A stretch of 64,000 nt of DNA from the human T2T-CHM13v2.0 reference genome, Homo sapiens (GCF_009914755.1 NC_060938.1); one strand, 5' to 3'; counted from the first letter of the stretch, positions 44,996 to 63,164 are shown. Notes: a model not told the origin generated them from the sequence alone. Numbers and translations: made by a program.

Positions 44996-46031
44996 CATTT
45001 ATTGTTTCTTAAGGGCAAGTGAACAAGTGGGGTGGAACCATATAGCTGAAGGCCTTGAATTCCCATTGAGGGTTTTTATTTAATTTGCTAGTTTCTGAGG
45101 AGCCACAAATGTTTTACGTACAGCAATGATCTTGTCCAATTTTTAAAAATATTTGTTTAATGTTCTAAAATGTAACCACTTCATTGGCTGGAGTGGTTGA
45201 ACTCATTGAAACTCTGTTCATGTTAACTGGTTTACTTACATATAAAATTGTTAAATAAATGAGTGGAATATCAAGAATATAAAAGTCTAGATATAATATC
45301 TGAATTTAATTTGATGGCTTTAACTAGTTTTACAGAATTGTACAGTTGGTTTCCAATCTATTTTATTAACCTCCCCTTCTTTTCAGTGTAGAAGCATAGA
45401 AAACCAGGTTATGTAATTTTAAAATTAGGACCAAACTGTACGAAGGCCAAATTTTCTATATAGTTAGCAGCAACGCAGTTCTACTTGTTACTTTCAGTGA
45501 AACTATTGGTGCACCCAACCGTGGTGGTACCAGACTTTGGCTAATGGCAGTGCCCTAGGGATGGGTGATATTGAACTCTTTCAATAAGGTTGAAAATAGG
45601 AGGTCTTTGGACCCTTCAATTTAATTCCATTAAACCCTACAGAGTAACTGCCGTGTGCCAAACATCACACTCATCTCTAGGGACAAAAAAACAAAAAACA
45701 AAAAACAAAAAATGCTGGGAAGGGGAAGGTACACTTCTTCCTTTTAAGGAGGATGCAATCTAATAATTTACCTCTATGTAGTACAGTTAATTGCATAATT
45801 CTGCACAACGACTGACAAAGATTATTTTTCCAAAATCACTCCAATTGGCCTTATAACCATTTGCCAGCTTTTGGAATGTTTGTTTTTTCCCTTCCTCTTC
45901 TTCCCTTTTCCAGAGATAAATAAAACCAACATTATTTCTTTTTTCTTTTCTAGTAAGATGAGTCATTCATATTTAAAAAAACACAATATTTCCCAAATAA
46001 TTTTCAATGCAAGGTATGTATAAATATAAAG

Positions 46032-46037
46032 TTTATT
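46032..46037 (-). terminator. Probable SIX4 polyadenylation signal AATAAA
   Basis: Plus-strand tttatt at 46032-46037. Downstream on the minus strand lies a UGUGUUUUUU element (plus aaaaaacaca, ~45975-45985). Confidence 0.6.
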
Positions 46038-47985
46038 TAGCATAGTGTTTAGAAAAATAAGTTCACATCATTTCAGAAAACAAATAAAACACTTAATTGT
46101 CCAGGCATAAACCCCCATTACAGTACGACATACATACTTCAGATCTCTTTGGTTGGGTAATTAAGCACAGAAATGTTCTGGGACATGCTCTGTGTGCCAT
46201 CACCTAACAGTGCAGTAAAGACTCTGTTACCCCACCCCATGACATACATTCTGTATAGAGTTTCTCTTTGTGTAAGGCACAGTAAAACCATATTGAGTAT
46301 ATAATTGGTTGCCTCTAAACATACAGTACATGCAACAAAATAATATTTTTGAGAACTCTGAAAGCCAAAAGAGTCACATGCTATACAATTTTGATTAATA
46401 AAATGTATGGTGGTAAATTAACATAAAATGTATCAATTAGATACAAAGTAACTGCTAGGCTCTATTATCTAAGTTTTACAAAGAGTTTAAAATATCTTTT
46501 GTGAAATGTAACTATTTCCCCATAGTTTTCCTGAATTATTTTTATTATGAGATGATCTGTCAAAACATTTTAAAGAATGAAGAACTTGTGGCTATGTACT
46601 AAAGCACACTTGTCTAGCATGTAGCAGGGCAGGCTGCCACACAAGCCCAATAATCCAACTTTTAACATGCAAGATACAAGGGCATACACAGAGAGATTTA
46701 AGGTCAGTGTGCAATTTAACTATGGATTTTTACCTATGGCTATAATATCTACCTGCCTTTCATAACACAAGAAAGGCACTGAAACGTGTACAATTTAAAA
46801 AGTCTTTTCATTACTATAAATATACATGAGATATAAAGCAGTACAACACAGGTGCTCTTGCTTGATTGAGGAACAAATGCACCTTCTCTTTAAACAATAG
46901 ACTGTCCTTTACTAGATTTAACTAAGAGCTAAATGCCAAATTCTGGCTGATAGAGTGCATAGATAGGCTTACACCAAAAATCCCACAGCCAGCAGCATGG
47001 GTTGGGTTTTGCAGGGAGTCATTTACCCCTGTTTTGATCTTCAGGGATCATTAGAGGGTCATTTGCAGCATTTTCAAGCATTGGTTTATGTAAGAGGGAA
47101 ATTCTGCCACATGACTCCAAGGGTTCTGAGTCTGGCCCTTGGTATGGCAAAAGACATTTGCAATTCTGTGCAAGGAGATCATGGGGTTTATCTTACTCCA
47201 TTCACATATACATGGGCTGCATACCAACTGGCCCTTATTCAACTGAAAGAATAGAAAAGAACAATAAGTTCTTTATACTGTGCATTGATTCTTACCTGGT
47301 ATATTGTGTAGCTACCTGAAGTAATTGTAGGGTTATAATTACATCATGGTGGGAATATGAATGGGTTTCCTAGGTAAGTCTTAAGTTTTGTGCTATCTTT
47401 TCTTTTTCATAAGGGAGAAAAGAGGAAGAACGCTGAATAAAAGAGAGGCTTATTGTATTTTCGGAAAACATATAAAACATTTCCAGTTATATATATATAT
47501 ATATATATAGCATATATAACTAAAAACCTCCCCATCTCTCTTATTGGATGGGTATTTGAAAATAACAAACTCTTGATATCTGCAGCAATCAAGTGGAAAA
47601 CATCATTTTTATGTAAACTACACTGCAGAGCCATGTAATTAATCTCAGTAACAGGATCAGCACACACCCAAAGAAAAAACAAGCTCTATGAGTAGTAGTA
47701 GAGTGGAAAAGAACTCTCAAACACCTGACTTTGTAAAACAAAACAAAAAACATGTAGCTTCAGCAGTTTAGGAACATTCACCAATTCTATAAAAAATGAT
47801 GTAGTTCTTTATCAAAATGATGGGAGAGGAATTCTTCATAGGGTTCTTGATATATGCCTGCAAGTTCCATTTATGATAACAAAAGTTAAATCCTCTATGT
47901 CCCTTATTCAACATGCTTGATTGATTGACATGTAGAGAACTAGAGTGGGCCCTTTGTTCTGATCATAAAAAAAAAAGCAAGATGT

Positions 47986-48299
<314 letters not shown>

Positions 48300-49889
48300 C
48301 TAACACCTTTATGTTCAACAACTTGAAGTTATCTCTGAAGAAATTATTTTCTCACTTTTTTTGCTTTTCAGAGACTAGAGAGCAACTTTACTCACTACAT
48401 AAATTTATTTGCATTGTTACATCTTGTGTTCAGAGTCTTGATAAAACTATAGCCACGGCTTACAACATTATTAAACAAGCTTCTTACAGAAACCAAAAAT
48501 ATTTACTTTTAAAGAAGACATGATAATATAGTGCAAACAACAGTCATGTGTCAGAGTGTAACAACTGATTCAAAACCTTTAGAACTAAGTTTCAACAGGA
48601 CAGAATTTTGCTCAATAGAATTTACATATTTTCTTTCCTTTAAAATGGTTTTCATAGCCTGTATAATCAATTTGACATGGTATTTATAACTTATTTTCCT
48701 TGTAATGAAAAGTATCAACAATAATTAGTTGTTTATCCATTTGTGTGATAAATGTCATATATATTATTTAGTGAAACTTAAGTTCTTCAGATTTAAAGCA
48801 ATTTTGTGGTGAAATTAACCCTGTTAGATAGTAGAAAAGAACCATCAGTGCTTCTGTTGACACTTCTGTACCTTACTACCAATAAAAAGGCCACGAGGTA
48901 AAAAGGCACATAGAATTCTATAAAAAACATATTTAAATGAATCAGAGTTGCTAAATAAAGAACAAGGATGTGAAAAAAAGTACCAAAATTCCAATATTGG
49001 GAGTTAGATTTCCTGTTTCAGTGTTATTAATATTGACCTTAATAGATTCCTGGTAAAAATCATTATTTTTAAAATCCTACAAAAAGTAAAACTTTGTTGG
49101 AAACGACTATGTTCACTTCCTGTTCAAACAATAAAAATAAATTAAACAGTAAGAAAACATATTTTTCAGTTCATAGCGCCTGAAGAGAAACATATACATT
49201 AAAAATAAAATTCACTGTAATTACTCAAATCCTGCTTATAGAACTGATATATTTACATTTATACTGAAGTTTCAGAGTTTTTAGTGGAGTTCCGCACTTT
49301 CTCAGCCACACTGAGCTATTAGAAATCACATTTGGAAATGTGTTGAGACAAATGTGTTTGAGACCCAAGACTTTCTCAAAAAATGCTGAAAAAGAGGTGT
49401 GTGTGCATATATATATGCATGCTACTTAACTTTAAAAATATGTACCATTTATGTTTCTTAACCTTTTCAATGCCCATGGAGTAAAAGTAAACAAAAACAA
49501 TTGTATTATTTCTAATGGTCTGCAGCTATCTTTAATTTTCTATGTTAGGTGTATACATTTTTTAATTTAAAAAACTATCAAGTTCCATTTTGACCTTAGA
49601 ATTATAGAGTCAACTAAATGATTCACTTTGACTTGATACATTTCACCTTGTCCTTTGTCTCCATCTATTTAAAAGAGAAATTTATAAGTGAACAAAAAGG
49701 CTGCAATAATGCAGTTCTACTCCTGTATACTTAACTGTGATCTTCATGCAGATCAATCTAAAGTCTCTTGTATGCATATACTTGCAAAACTAGAGTGTTT
49801 TCCTTTAAATGGGAAAATGTTTTGTGTCCTTGGGGCTTCATGAAAAGATTTGCCGCTGATGCCAAAAAGAGGTGAGGAGGAAATAAAGT

Positions 49890-50686
49890 TCATAAGTCTT
49901 GCATATCTTCATCCAGCTGGACAGTCTGGAGCTTGGCAAGCTCTTTTTTGTCTGTTTCCAGGTCTTCACAGACAGTATCAACCATGCCATCTAAGACATA
50001 CTTGGATTTAGAGTCCAGCATCATTAAGCTACTTGTTGCTTTGCTCTCAGAATTTGATAAGAAATTCTCTTTCATGTTAGCTACCGATTGCAGAACCAAA
50101 CGATGTTCTTGGACAAAATCCTGATGTACTGCTGGGGAGGGGTGACCTACCTGATCTTCAGCTGTAGGAACTATTTCCCCAAGGGCAGCCTGAGTCATAG
50201 GGACTGACAATAGGTCTTGACCAGTAATAAGGGAGCAGTTCTGAAGAGTTGCATAGTTAGTGTTGCTGACAGATGTCACAGTAGATTTGCTTGCCACCGG
50301 TGCAGACATTGGTTGGCTATCGGCAATGTCGCGGTTTAGCTCAGTGGGATTTAGTAGTGTAGAGGGACTGAGAGAAAAATTGTGAGTTGGAGATACATTA
50401 ACTAATGAGGAGGCCAGTGGATGCAGGCCACTCCCCGAGATGTTTTCAGAAGACAGGTTTGCATTTACTTGTGCATTCTGATTGACAGGCATCAACTGAG
50501 AAAATACCAGGCTCCTTTCCAAGCCTTCCTGTTTCACAGATCCTATAGTCTGGCCTGTATTAGGAACCGTGTATACCACTGCACTGGGAGCAAGAGAGCT
50601 CAAGAAAACCTTTCCTTGCTGGACTGTGGTAGACTCACTTGTAAATGTGCTTCCATCTGAAGTGCTTGAGCTTACTGAGATATTAC
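49890..50686 (-). CDS. SIX4: SIX4 coding exon 3 (797 nt), C-terminal activation region ending ...QLDEDMQDL*
   Basis: Acceptor ttttttttAG|GTAAT in frame (G|GT = Gly). 863+686+797 = 2346 nt = 781 aa plus stop, matching the known human SIX4 length. Confidence 0.97.
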
Positions 50687-51122
50687 CTAAAAAAAATAAA
50701 GTACTGATTATCACTGATGGAAGTGAGAGGGAAAGAAAAAAAGTTACACACACGTTTTTTTCTCAGGTACAGTATCTATAAAGAAGCAACACTTCCATAC
50801 AATCATTTAGCCCAATTCTGGTTCAGAATTACCTTGGGCACCTAAAACTACAGATTCCCAGGCTCTACTCCTTGAAAGTGTAACTTAGTACATCTTAGAA
50901 CATCTGTTTTTACCTCTCCAAGTAAATATATATATAGATATATTTTGTATGGAGACATCTTTTATGTTTAACCCCAACAACAACACAGCCAAAAAAACTA
51001 CTTGCGTTCCTGAGTCGCAGGTGTGCCTGTGTTCCCCATCTTTCATCAGCTTCTTAGAAAACACAGTGACTTCCAAACCTTTACTTTTTATGTCTCATGA
51101 CCTCGAACGGTCTTGAGGATAG

Positions 51123-54696
<3,574 letters not shown>

Positions 54697-56242
54697 CTAA
54701 CTACCATAGAAATGTTGCTTACTGGATTAAACTTAACTATCTGGTTAAACTTAGACTGTCTGTTCAACTCACCCAGACAGTCTAAGATTTGATCTTACTT
54801 ATTTTAACTGAAAATGCTATTCTTATTCCTATTAAATGTCCCATTTAAAAACTCAGCTATTAGTTCATAATAATTTTCTATGGCAGTGCTCCTCTAGATT
54901 ACACAATTAAAAGTATTTCTACTTTTCTCCTCCCCCAACATACATAACTCATTCTTTCTGCTCAAATTTGTTGCCTTTAAAATGTGACCTGTTTGGAAAT
55001 TTTCCAAATGAGAGAAAAGGGGTTAGATCCACATTAAATTATTATCAAACTAAGCACTTTGGCTTTCCCTGTGGTTTTCATATTTTTGCCCTATGTTAGA
55101 TAGTAACTTAACTCTTTCCATAACTTGGAACAATGATGAACTGAATAGTATGCTGCAGGAATGTCTTGTTTTAGTACCATTTTGCCTAAAGAAATGCAAA
55201 TGTACAGAATGAAATTTAGAACAATTTTTCCATTAATTCCTTCAATAAGCTGACATAGACCATAGTTGTGGTAACAAGAGAGTTGTGCATAAATTGATTT
55301 TTTTGGGGGGGTGGTAAAACCATCTTATAGGAAGCAGACCTTTAAAGCCAACAATTACTACTTTGGTTTTGTAAAAATCTGGATTTTCAGATTTGTCTAC
55401 AAGAAGGCAAACGTGCATTAAGATCTACCCTTCCTGAATTCAAGGGATTATGCAAACTCCACTGCCAAATTCTAACCATTTCTATTTCTTTAAAGAGAAA
55501 ATGACATAGAGGATCCAGGCTTGCTTAAAGTCAGTGAAGAACTAATATATCAGCCTCAGTTTTCCTGAATTTCATTTAAGTGCTTTCTCTGGAAGATTGC
55601 TGTTAGTAAAGCCACAAACATATAAAATAAGGCTTACTATTATCTTCACAAATAAACCCACACATTTAGGGGGTTAGTATATATGCTGAGCGATAGAAAT
55701 CCAATGGCATATTCCTCTGATTTTCTTTTAGGTCTGTTAGTCTTCATTATAGGAGGAAACAGGATTCAAACATAATTGATCCGGTCTTTTTAGCTTGTTC
55801 TTCTAAAACATTTTTTGGTCAAATAAATAATGCTTAGGTAAAGTGTATGCATTCTTACCAACTGCTAGACTAATTTTGTGTTCTTAGCAATTTTATTAAT
55901 TTTTAATATTAAAATGCCAAGCAGTGAGTTATTTTGTAAGCACTGATTGACTTATCATATTTCTGTAATTGTAGAACTGGCAGGACTTGCTATGAACTGT
56001 ATTTTTCCATTCAGTTGTTAGTAAAATGAAAGCCCATCCTCATGATGCAAGGGAATAAAGCAACCTGGATATGACATGGGTATTGTGAAAGAGGAGAATC
56101 ACATCAAGGCTACTCTACAGCTTCGGCAGCTAATAAGGTACCTGAACAGAAACATCAATCTATAGCTATCACCAAATGCGTCACTTACAGCAGCTGATGA
56201 ACACATTTGCTGGTGCATTAAGGTACCAAATGAGATTGTTAC

Positions 56243-56928
56243 CTTGTGAAGCTGCCACTGACACAGGGGGCAGCTGCAGTGGAGAGAATCCAATGCTCCC
56301 ATTAAGGAACTGGCTGTTTGCTCCGGAATTGGGGATCTGGACAATGCCATACTGGTTAATTTGCACTGGTGTAGTAAAAGTCACTACAGACCCTCCATCT
56401 TGGGAAGCCACTGTTTGAATGCCTTCTCTTTTCACCTCAGTGCTGGGTATCAGGCCTGGGAATGAGACAGGGACACTGGGGCTGTAGGACGTGGTGGTTG
56501 CTGAGTTAGCAGAACTCTGGAGGACTTTGAATTCCTTCACGTCCTGGGAAGTAGACCCCAGTATGTCAGTCATGGATATACCATTGCTCACAATGTTTGA
56601 TGACATTTTTGGTGGGTTCAATGCCACTGCCTGTGTATTTCCCACATTTAATCCATTAAGGATAACTCCACTGGGTCCCTGAATAAAAGAATTTCCATTA
56701 AGGAAGACAGGTGAAGTACTTGCAGGTACCAAGCTTCCATTCAACAGAACTCCAGAAGAGCTTAATGATATCTTAGCATTTCCAATTTGTTGCATATATA
56801 CTGGCTCCATATGACTGGAAAGGCTGAGGTTGGTGATGCCATCAGATGAACTGGAGAGTGGGTGAGGAGATAAATCCTCATGTCCCTTGCTGGATTCATC
56901 TTCAGTGCTGGGGTTGCCATCTGACTCA
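56243..56928 (-). CDS. SIX4: SIX4 coding exon 2 (686 nt)
   Basis: Acceptor ccatacAG|TGAG joins exon 1 in frame (AG|T = Ser; ...QSKSESDGNPSTEDESSKG...). Donor CAAG|GTAAC at 56243/56242. Confidence 0.97.
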
Positions 56929-58963
56929 CTGTATGGAGGGGGAAATCAAAATGTTCAGAAGGTCAGGGGGATGACATTCTACACAGTGCCACTTGTTTGG
57001 AAAACCAGCTTCTAAATCCATTAAAGGCAGTATTTAAGGAAAGCACAGCAGGATATCTGCTAGTCCTATTTAAACTAAGAGGCCTTTCAGCAGATTCCGA
57101 CCAGCCAGAGAATCTGGGAAGATAAACTCTCAGATCCCAATCATTTAAAATAACAATAAATTCAGGGAAAGTCCAGACATCTGCAAGATGTAAATTCAGC
57201 ATTACAGGAGAAGAACATATTTGATTTTACAGTGTAGAAGTGCTATTCCTTACTGTTACATATGCTGCTACTGACACCATAGAAAAAAACACCTTAAATG
57301 AGGTGGTCGGTCTTTCCTGTTTAGGAACTCCTTCCCCTCCCCTCAAACCAATTCAGATTAGTGTTATCTTGGAGGTAAATGAAGCTGCCAAAGGAGCAGG
57401 AGGTAGGAAGTGCTCAGCTTTTCTTTTTTGGTCAGTTAGTTAACAAGAGATCGTTTTCTCACCTGCTCCCAAACTTCTACTCCACCAGACTGACAACTCT
57501 CTCATTCAACAAAGTGGCTGTCCTTGTTGTAGGAAAAGGCACTTTCAACCCAAGAACAGTTATGTGCAGTCGCCTTTGAATCCAAAGGAAGCCAAAGGGG
57601 CCTATTTAACAAACACCATCCAGTGCCCTGGTGAGGTGGGAGGGAAAGGGTGTCACTCAGAGGCCTTCTAACTATTAGACCTCTTCCCCAACGTCCTTGG
57701 TCCCTCTGTTCCAGGCAGGACCCTGTTCCTCAGCTCTCTGACTTGGGAGAAATACCAAATCGGGGTTGGGGGGTGGGTAGTGATGGGGTTTCCCATTTGG
57801 TCTGAGGCTGGGAGGGAGAGCAAACGAGAGCAGAACAGAGGCGTTTTGGAAGCGCAGCAGGACTTGGCCCAGCAGAGGATCCGACATCCCCGCAGTGCCC
57901 CGCGGTCGGTTCGCTTTCATGCCGAGGGGAGGGGATTACCCGGGCTTTGGGCTGCGGGGCCAGGAGCGCAGAAAGCGCTTTGATTTACAAGCTGAGGCTG
58001 AGCCGCCGTCGCCGTCTGCGAGGGTGACTCACCGGGGGTGCGGGTGGGAGGTAGATCCGGAGAGGGGCCTAAACCAGGCAACTGGGCCGGCGGCGGGGTG
58101 GGTGTGGAGTTTATGGGGTGGGGCGGGGGGGACGAAGAAGCCAGCAGTGGAGCGTGGGGGAGTCCCAGGGAGCGTGCCCGGCTCGCGAGCGGAGGCGGCG
58201 GAGCAGCTGGCCTGCTCGCGGTGCCCCCTTGCCACCCTCTGCCCCGGCCCTGCGGATTCCGTTGGTTTCCGAGCGCGGGATCCGCGGCCTCTAGTGGGCG
58301 CAGGGCAGGTGGCTCGGCGTAACCAAAGCGCCTTCTCTGGACCTCTCCGCATATCTGCGGAAGGCGCACGCACATCCCGGTGCACCTTTTGTTTTGGTTA
58401 CCGCGAGGGCCGGATAGGGCACCAAGCCTCCCTCCCAGCCTTGGGCGAGGAACGCCGGAGCCCGAGCCGTCGGACCCCCACAGGGGCCCAGAAGCGGCAA
58501 GGGCGGGCTGAGACCGGCTCTGGAATGCGCTGGTGATCACCTTCACCTGGCGCAGGCGGGCTGGATCCCCGGCTCCCAGTTTGCTTCCCCGAGAAGAACC
58601 TTCGAGCTGCTTTTGGATTCTTTCTCTCCTATCCCCGCGGGGCTGGAGACACCAGGTCTTTAGGCGACCTTCTCCTTACTTTGTTTCGTCCAACAAAACA
58701 CACAGACGCACACACCAAGTGTCTGACTCGGGAGGACGCACAAAAGAGGTGGAAAATCCGGTATTTTTTTTACCAGAGGGGGAAAGCAGTCTGCCAGGCA
58801 AAAAGCTCAAACCCAGTGGGGTGGGAGCGCCCCCACTCCTTTGCTGCCGCCCGCCGTAAGCCGGCCTGCCCCCCACCCATAACTACCGTACCAGGAGGGA
58901 GCCAAGCAGCGTTCGGGGGCCGAGGGAGGAAGCAGCCCTTCAGCCCTGCTACCCCGGCTGCGC

Positions 58964-59102
58964 TGAAACCCGATCCTAAGGAGTTCAGAATCAGGTTTCA
59001 AAACATGACAGAGCCGAGCTGCACCAGCACCCCACGTTGCCGCGGCCGCTAAGGGAACCATAGGGGCAGGGTGAATGATTAACTCTGTCATATGAAACCT
59101 CG
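58964..59102. promoter_or_regulatory. Intron 1 cluster of MEF3-like SIX motifs
   Basis: TCGGGTTTCA (minus, 58964-58973), TCAGGTTTCA (plus, 58991-59000) and CGAGGTTTCA (minus, 59093-59102). Confidence 0.5.
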
Positions 59103-59694
59103 ACGTTCCGAGACCCCTTCTGCGCCGCCAGTCCCACAACACTCTCTTCCCTTCACCAGAGCAGCCACCGCGACCTCCAGCGCAGGCCCGGGGGGCGGCT
59201 GAACCCTGGGGATCCGGGAGCGTGCGCGCGCGCCAGGCCCGGTGTGACCTCGCGGAGGTGCAGACCCCGGCCGGCGCCGGCAGTCTCTGCGGGCCTCGGG
59301 CGGCAGGGAGAGCTACGGTGCCGGTGTCCACATTTGCTTCGTTAGCCCCTCCAGAAACGGGGAGAGGGTGGCAACTTCAAAGCCAGCGGGATGGGGGTGG
59401 GAAGCTGGGCAGCAGTGACCAGCCGAGGTGGGGGCGGGGACTGAGACCTAGGCGGGCGACCAGAAACTTCTGGGGGGAGAGGGGGAGGGTAAGGAGGGAG
59501 GTTCCCCCGCCCCCCGCCTCCGCCGCCCCCTACCTCTGCCGGCCGGGGAGCGAGGTAGGGGGCGGGGAGAGGTGGGCAGCCGGACCAGGCTGGTGGGGAA
59601 GGTAAGCGCCATGTTTGCGAGCACTTGGAGGAAAAGAAAGCCGGGAAGGGGGTGGGGGAGAGGAAGGGGGAGGAGGAGGAAAGTTGGCGCTCAC

Positions 59695-60557
59695 CTTTTG
59701 GACTGGGTCTCGGAGGGGTTCCTGTCGCGCTGCCGGCGGTTCTTGAACCAGTTGCTGACCTGGGTGAGGGAGAGGCCGGTGATCTTGGCCAGGTGCCGCT
59801 TCTCGGCGGGCGAAGGGTAGCGATTCTGCTTGTAGAGCTCCTTGAGCGCGTTGCGCGACTTCTCCTTGAAACAATACACCGTCTCCTCGCCGTCCCAGAT
59901 GGTGCGGGGCAGGGGGAATTTCCTGCGCAGCCGGTACTTGTCTACGGCTCCCAGCGGCCGGCCGCGGGCTCGCTCGGCCTCGGTGTAGCGCGCCTTGTAC
60001 CAGAGCTGCTGCAGCAGCGGGTGGTTGGCCGACTCGAAGCTGTGGCTCTCGAGGATGCTGTAGAGCTCGGGGTAGATGCCCTGGTGGAAGGCCACGAGCG
60101 CCCGCGCCTTCAGCAGGCTCTCGTTGCCACGTAGCAGGTCGCTCTGGGGCAGGGACCACAGGAACCGGGCCAGGCGGTCCAGGTTGCCCCCCTGCTGCAG
60201 TGCCTCGCACACGCAGGCGACGTGGTCGGGCGAGAAGGCCAGCGGGGTCTGCGCGGCGGCGGCGGCGGCGTGGTGGTGCCTGCCCAGAAGTTCCGAGTGG
60301 AGTTGTACCTGATCCGCCGCCGCTCCGGCCGCCGCCGCCGCCACTGCCCCTTCCTCTCCGCTCACCCTGGCGGCAGCGGTCGCGGCGTCCCCCGGCTCCA
60401 GGGGAAAAGGGGCTGGAGCCGGGGGGCTCAGCCCTACCGCCGCGCCCCCCGCCACTTCTCGGTGCGCCTCCTGCCCTTCCGAGGCGCTTTCCATCCCATT
60501 CTCTTGCTTGATGTCCGCCGCACTTGCGATCTGCCCGGTGGGGGAGGAAGAGGACAT
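59695..60557 (-). CDS. SIX4: SIX4 coding exon 1: N-terminus, SIX domain and homeodomain
   Basis: [12 protein letters not shown]...[13 protein letters not shown]...[15 protein letters not shown]...[14 protein letters not shown]. The ETVY tetrapeptide marks the SIX4/5 subfamily and the homeodomain has K50. Donor AAAG|GTGAGC at 59695/59694. Confidence 0.99.
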
Positions 60558-60710
60558 TTTTTGTTGTTTATTTTCCTCCCTCCCTCACTCCCTCGCACTC
60601 TTTTCCTCTTTCTTTCCTCCTCTCTTACTCCTCCTCCTTCGTCTCCCTCCCTCCTCTCCCCCTCCGGAAAGCCCACTCCCTCCCTCCTGGTTTCGGCTGT
60701 ATCTGGCCGA

Positions 60711-60719
60711 TCAGGTTTC
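60711..60719 (+). promoter_or_regulatory. MEF3 / SIX-binding motif TCAGGTTTC in the SIX4 5' region
   Basis: Exact match to the MEF3 consensus. Confidence 0.5.
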
Positions 60720-60868
60720 CCCCCGGCCACGCAGTCACCATTAAGATAGCTGTTAGAGCAAAGTAGTGTAAACGGATAGCTGCTTTCTGCCGTTCCCCCA
60801 ACGTGACTCCTCCGGTTGCTGCATACTATATGGCAGTGGCGGCCGGGCCGGCCCGGCCTAGCCACCTC

Positions 60869-60873
60869 ATTGG
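60869..60873 (-). promoter_or_regulatory. CCAAT box (AGCCAATG) in the SIX4 proximal promoter
   Basis: Plus cattggct, about 310 bp upstream of the ATG at the island edge. Confidence 0.5.
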
Positions 60874-61801
60874 CTATTTCGCATTCAGAGGGAGGAGGAG
60901 ACACAGTTTCTATCCCTGTCGATCACCCGCCTCCCACTCCACCCCTCGCCTTTCCCTCCCCTCCTGACCCCCAGGCACCTATACCTGAAGGAAAACACCG
61001 ACATTCTTTCCAAGCCACGCTCCTGGGCGGGAAATTACCTAATGTGGCCTGAAAACTGGACAACTCTTTCAAACAGAGGCCCTACAATTCCAGAGGGAAT
61101 ATTAATTGTGTGGCCTTAAGGTCTGGATGGTTAAATTTTTAACAAAGAGACCACCCTCAGCATCTAGATGACAAAACTTCAGAGGACAATTCAGAAGCCC
61201 CCCAGTATGTCCCTGTTCCCCATTCTCCCTCTTTTTGGATGTCTTTATCAAGGATTTTGTATTCAAAACGGTCAAAAATAAAATGACACTAGGAAATGTT
61301 CTAAGGGGCAAGCATTTACAGTAAATTAAAATTCCAAAGAGGGAAAAATGCTTGAAAACCTTATAATTAGCAGCATAAATAGCCCACTGAGAAGACAAAA
61401 ACAAGAAGCCTTCAAAAAATGTACTTAACCTTAAGCCACGTGGAGGGCTGGCAACCCAACTGAGTTGAACATGGTATAATTAAACATGTAGAATATTAAA
61501 CCATAAGTTTATCCTGGATGAGTCGTGTGGAAGAGATCTAAGCTTTAAATATGGAAATTTAAGTTTTCTACATGAACTTTTTAATGTAAGTATATGAGTA
61601 TTTCTTTTTTAACGATGATAGGCTAGAAACACTGAATGTGCGGGTGTCATCCAGATCAGTGCAGGATCAGAAGCCCTTTTCCACAGCATAGACAGATTGC
61701 CCTCTGGTTTGATGCTGAAGTGGGGGTAGAGTCTTTTGTTGTTTGCAGTTGTGTCTCTTTCCTTTGTAATTTGCACAAGATCTTAATTCCAAAAGGGATG
61801 A

Positions 61802-63157
<1,356 letters not shown>

Positions 63158-63164
63158 AAATTTT

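Larger units (their letters stand above)
57880..60860. promoter_or_regulatory. CpG island covering the SIX4 promoter, exon 1 and 5' part of intron 1
   Basis: Very high GC and CpG density with no repeats, in contrast to CpG-depleted flanks. Confidence 0.92.

Noticed and set aside
50687-50753. N-terminal part of ORF 49890..50753 (MCVTFFLSLSL...)
   Set aside because: Intronic polypyrimidine tract upstream of the exon 3 acceptor; not coding.
60820-60835. CArG- or TATA-like tactatatgg upstream of SIX4
   Set aside because: It does not match CC(A/T)6GG or a canonical TATA box, and the TSS cannot be fixed from sequence alone.
57675-61052. Long overlapping ORFs (57895..58536, 57917..58546, 58807..59331, 59530..60210, 60222..60749)
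   Set aside because: Expected stop-codon depletion in a GC-rich island, or alternative/antisense frames of SIX4 exon 1; no recognisable domains.
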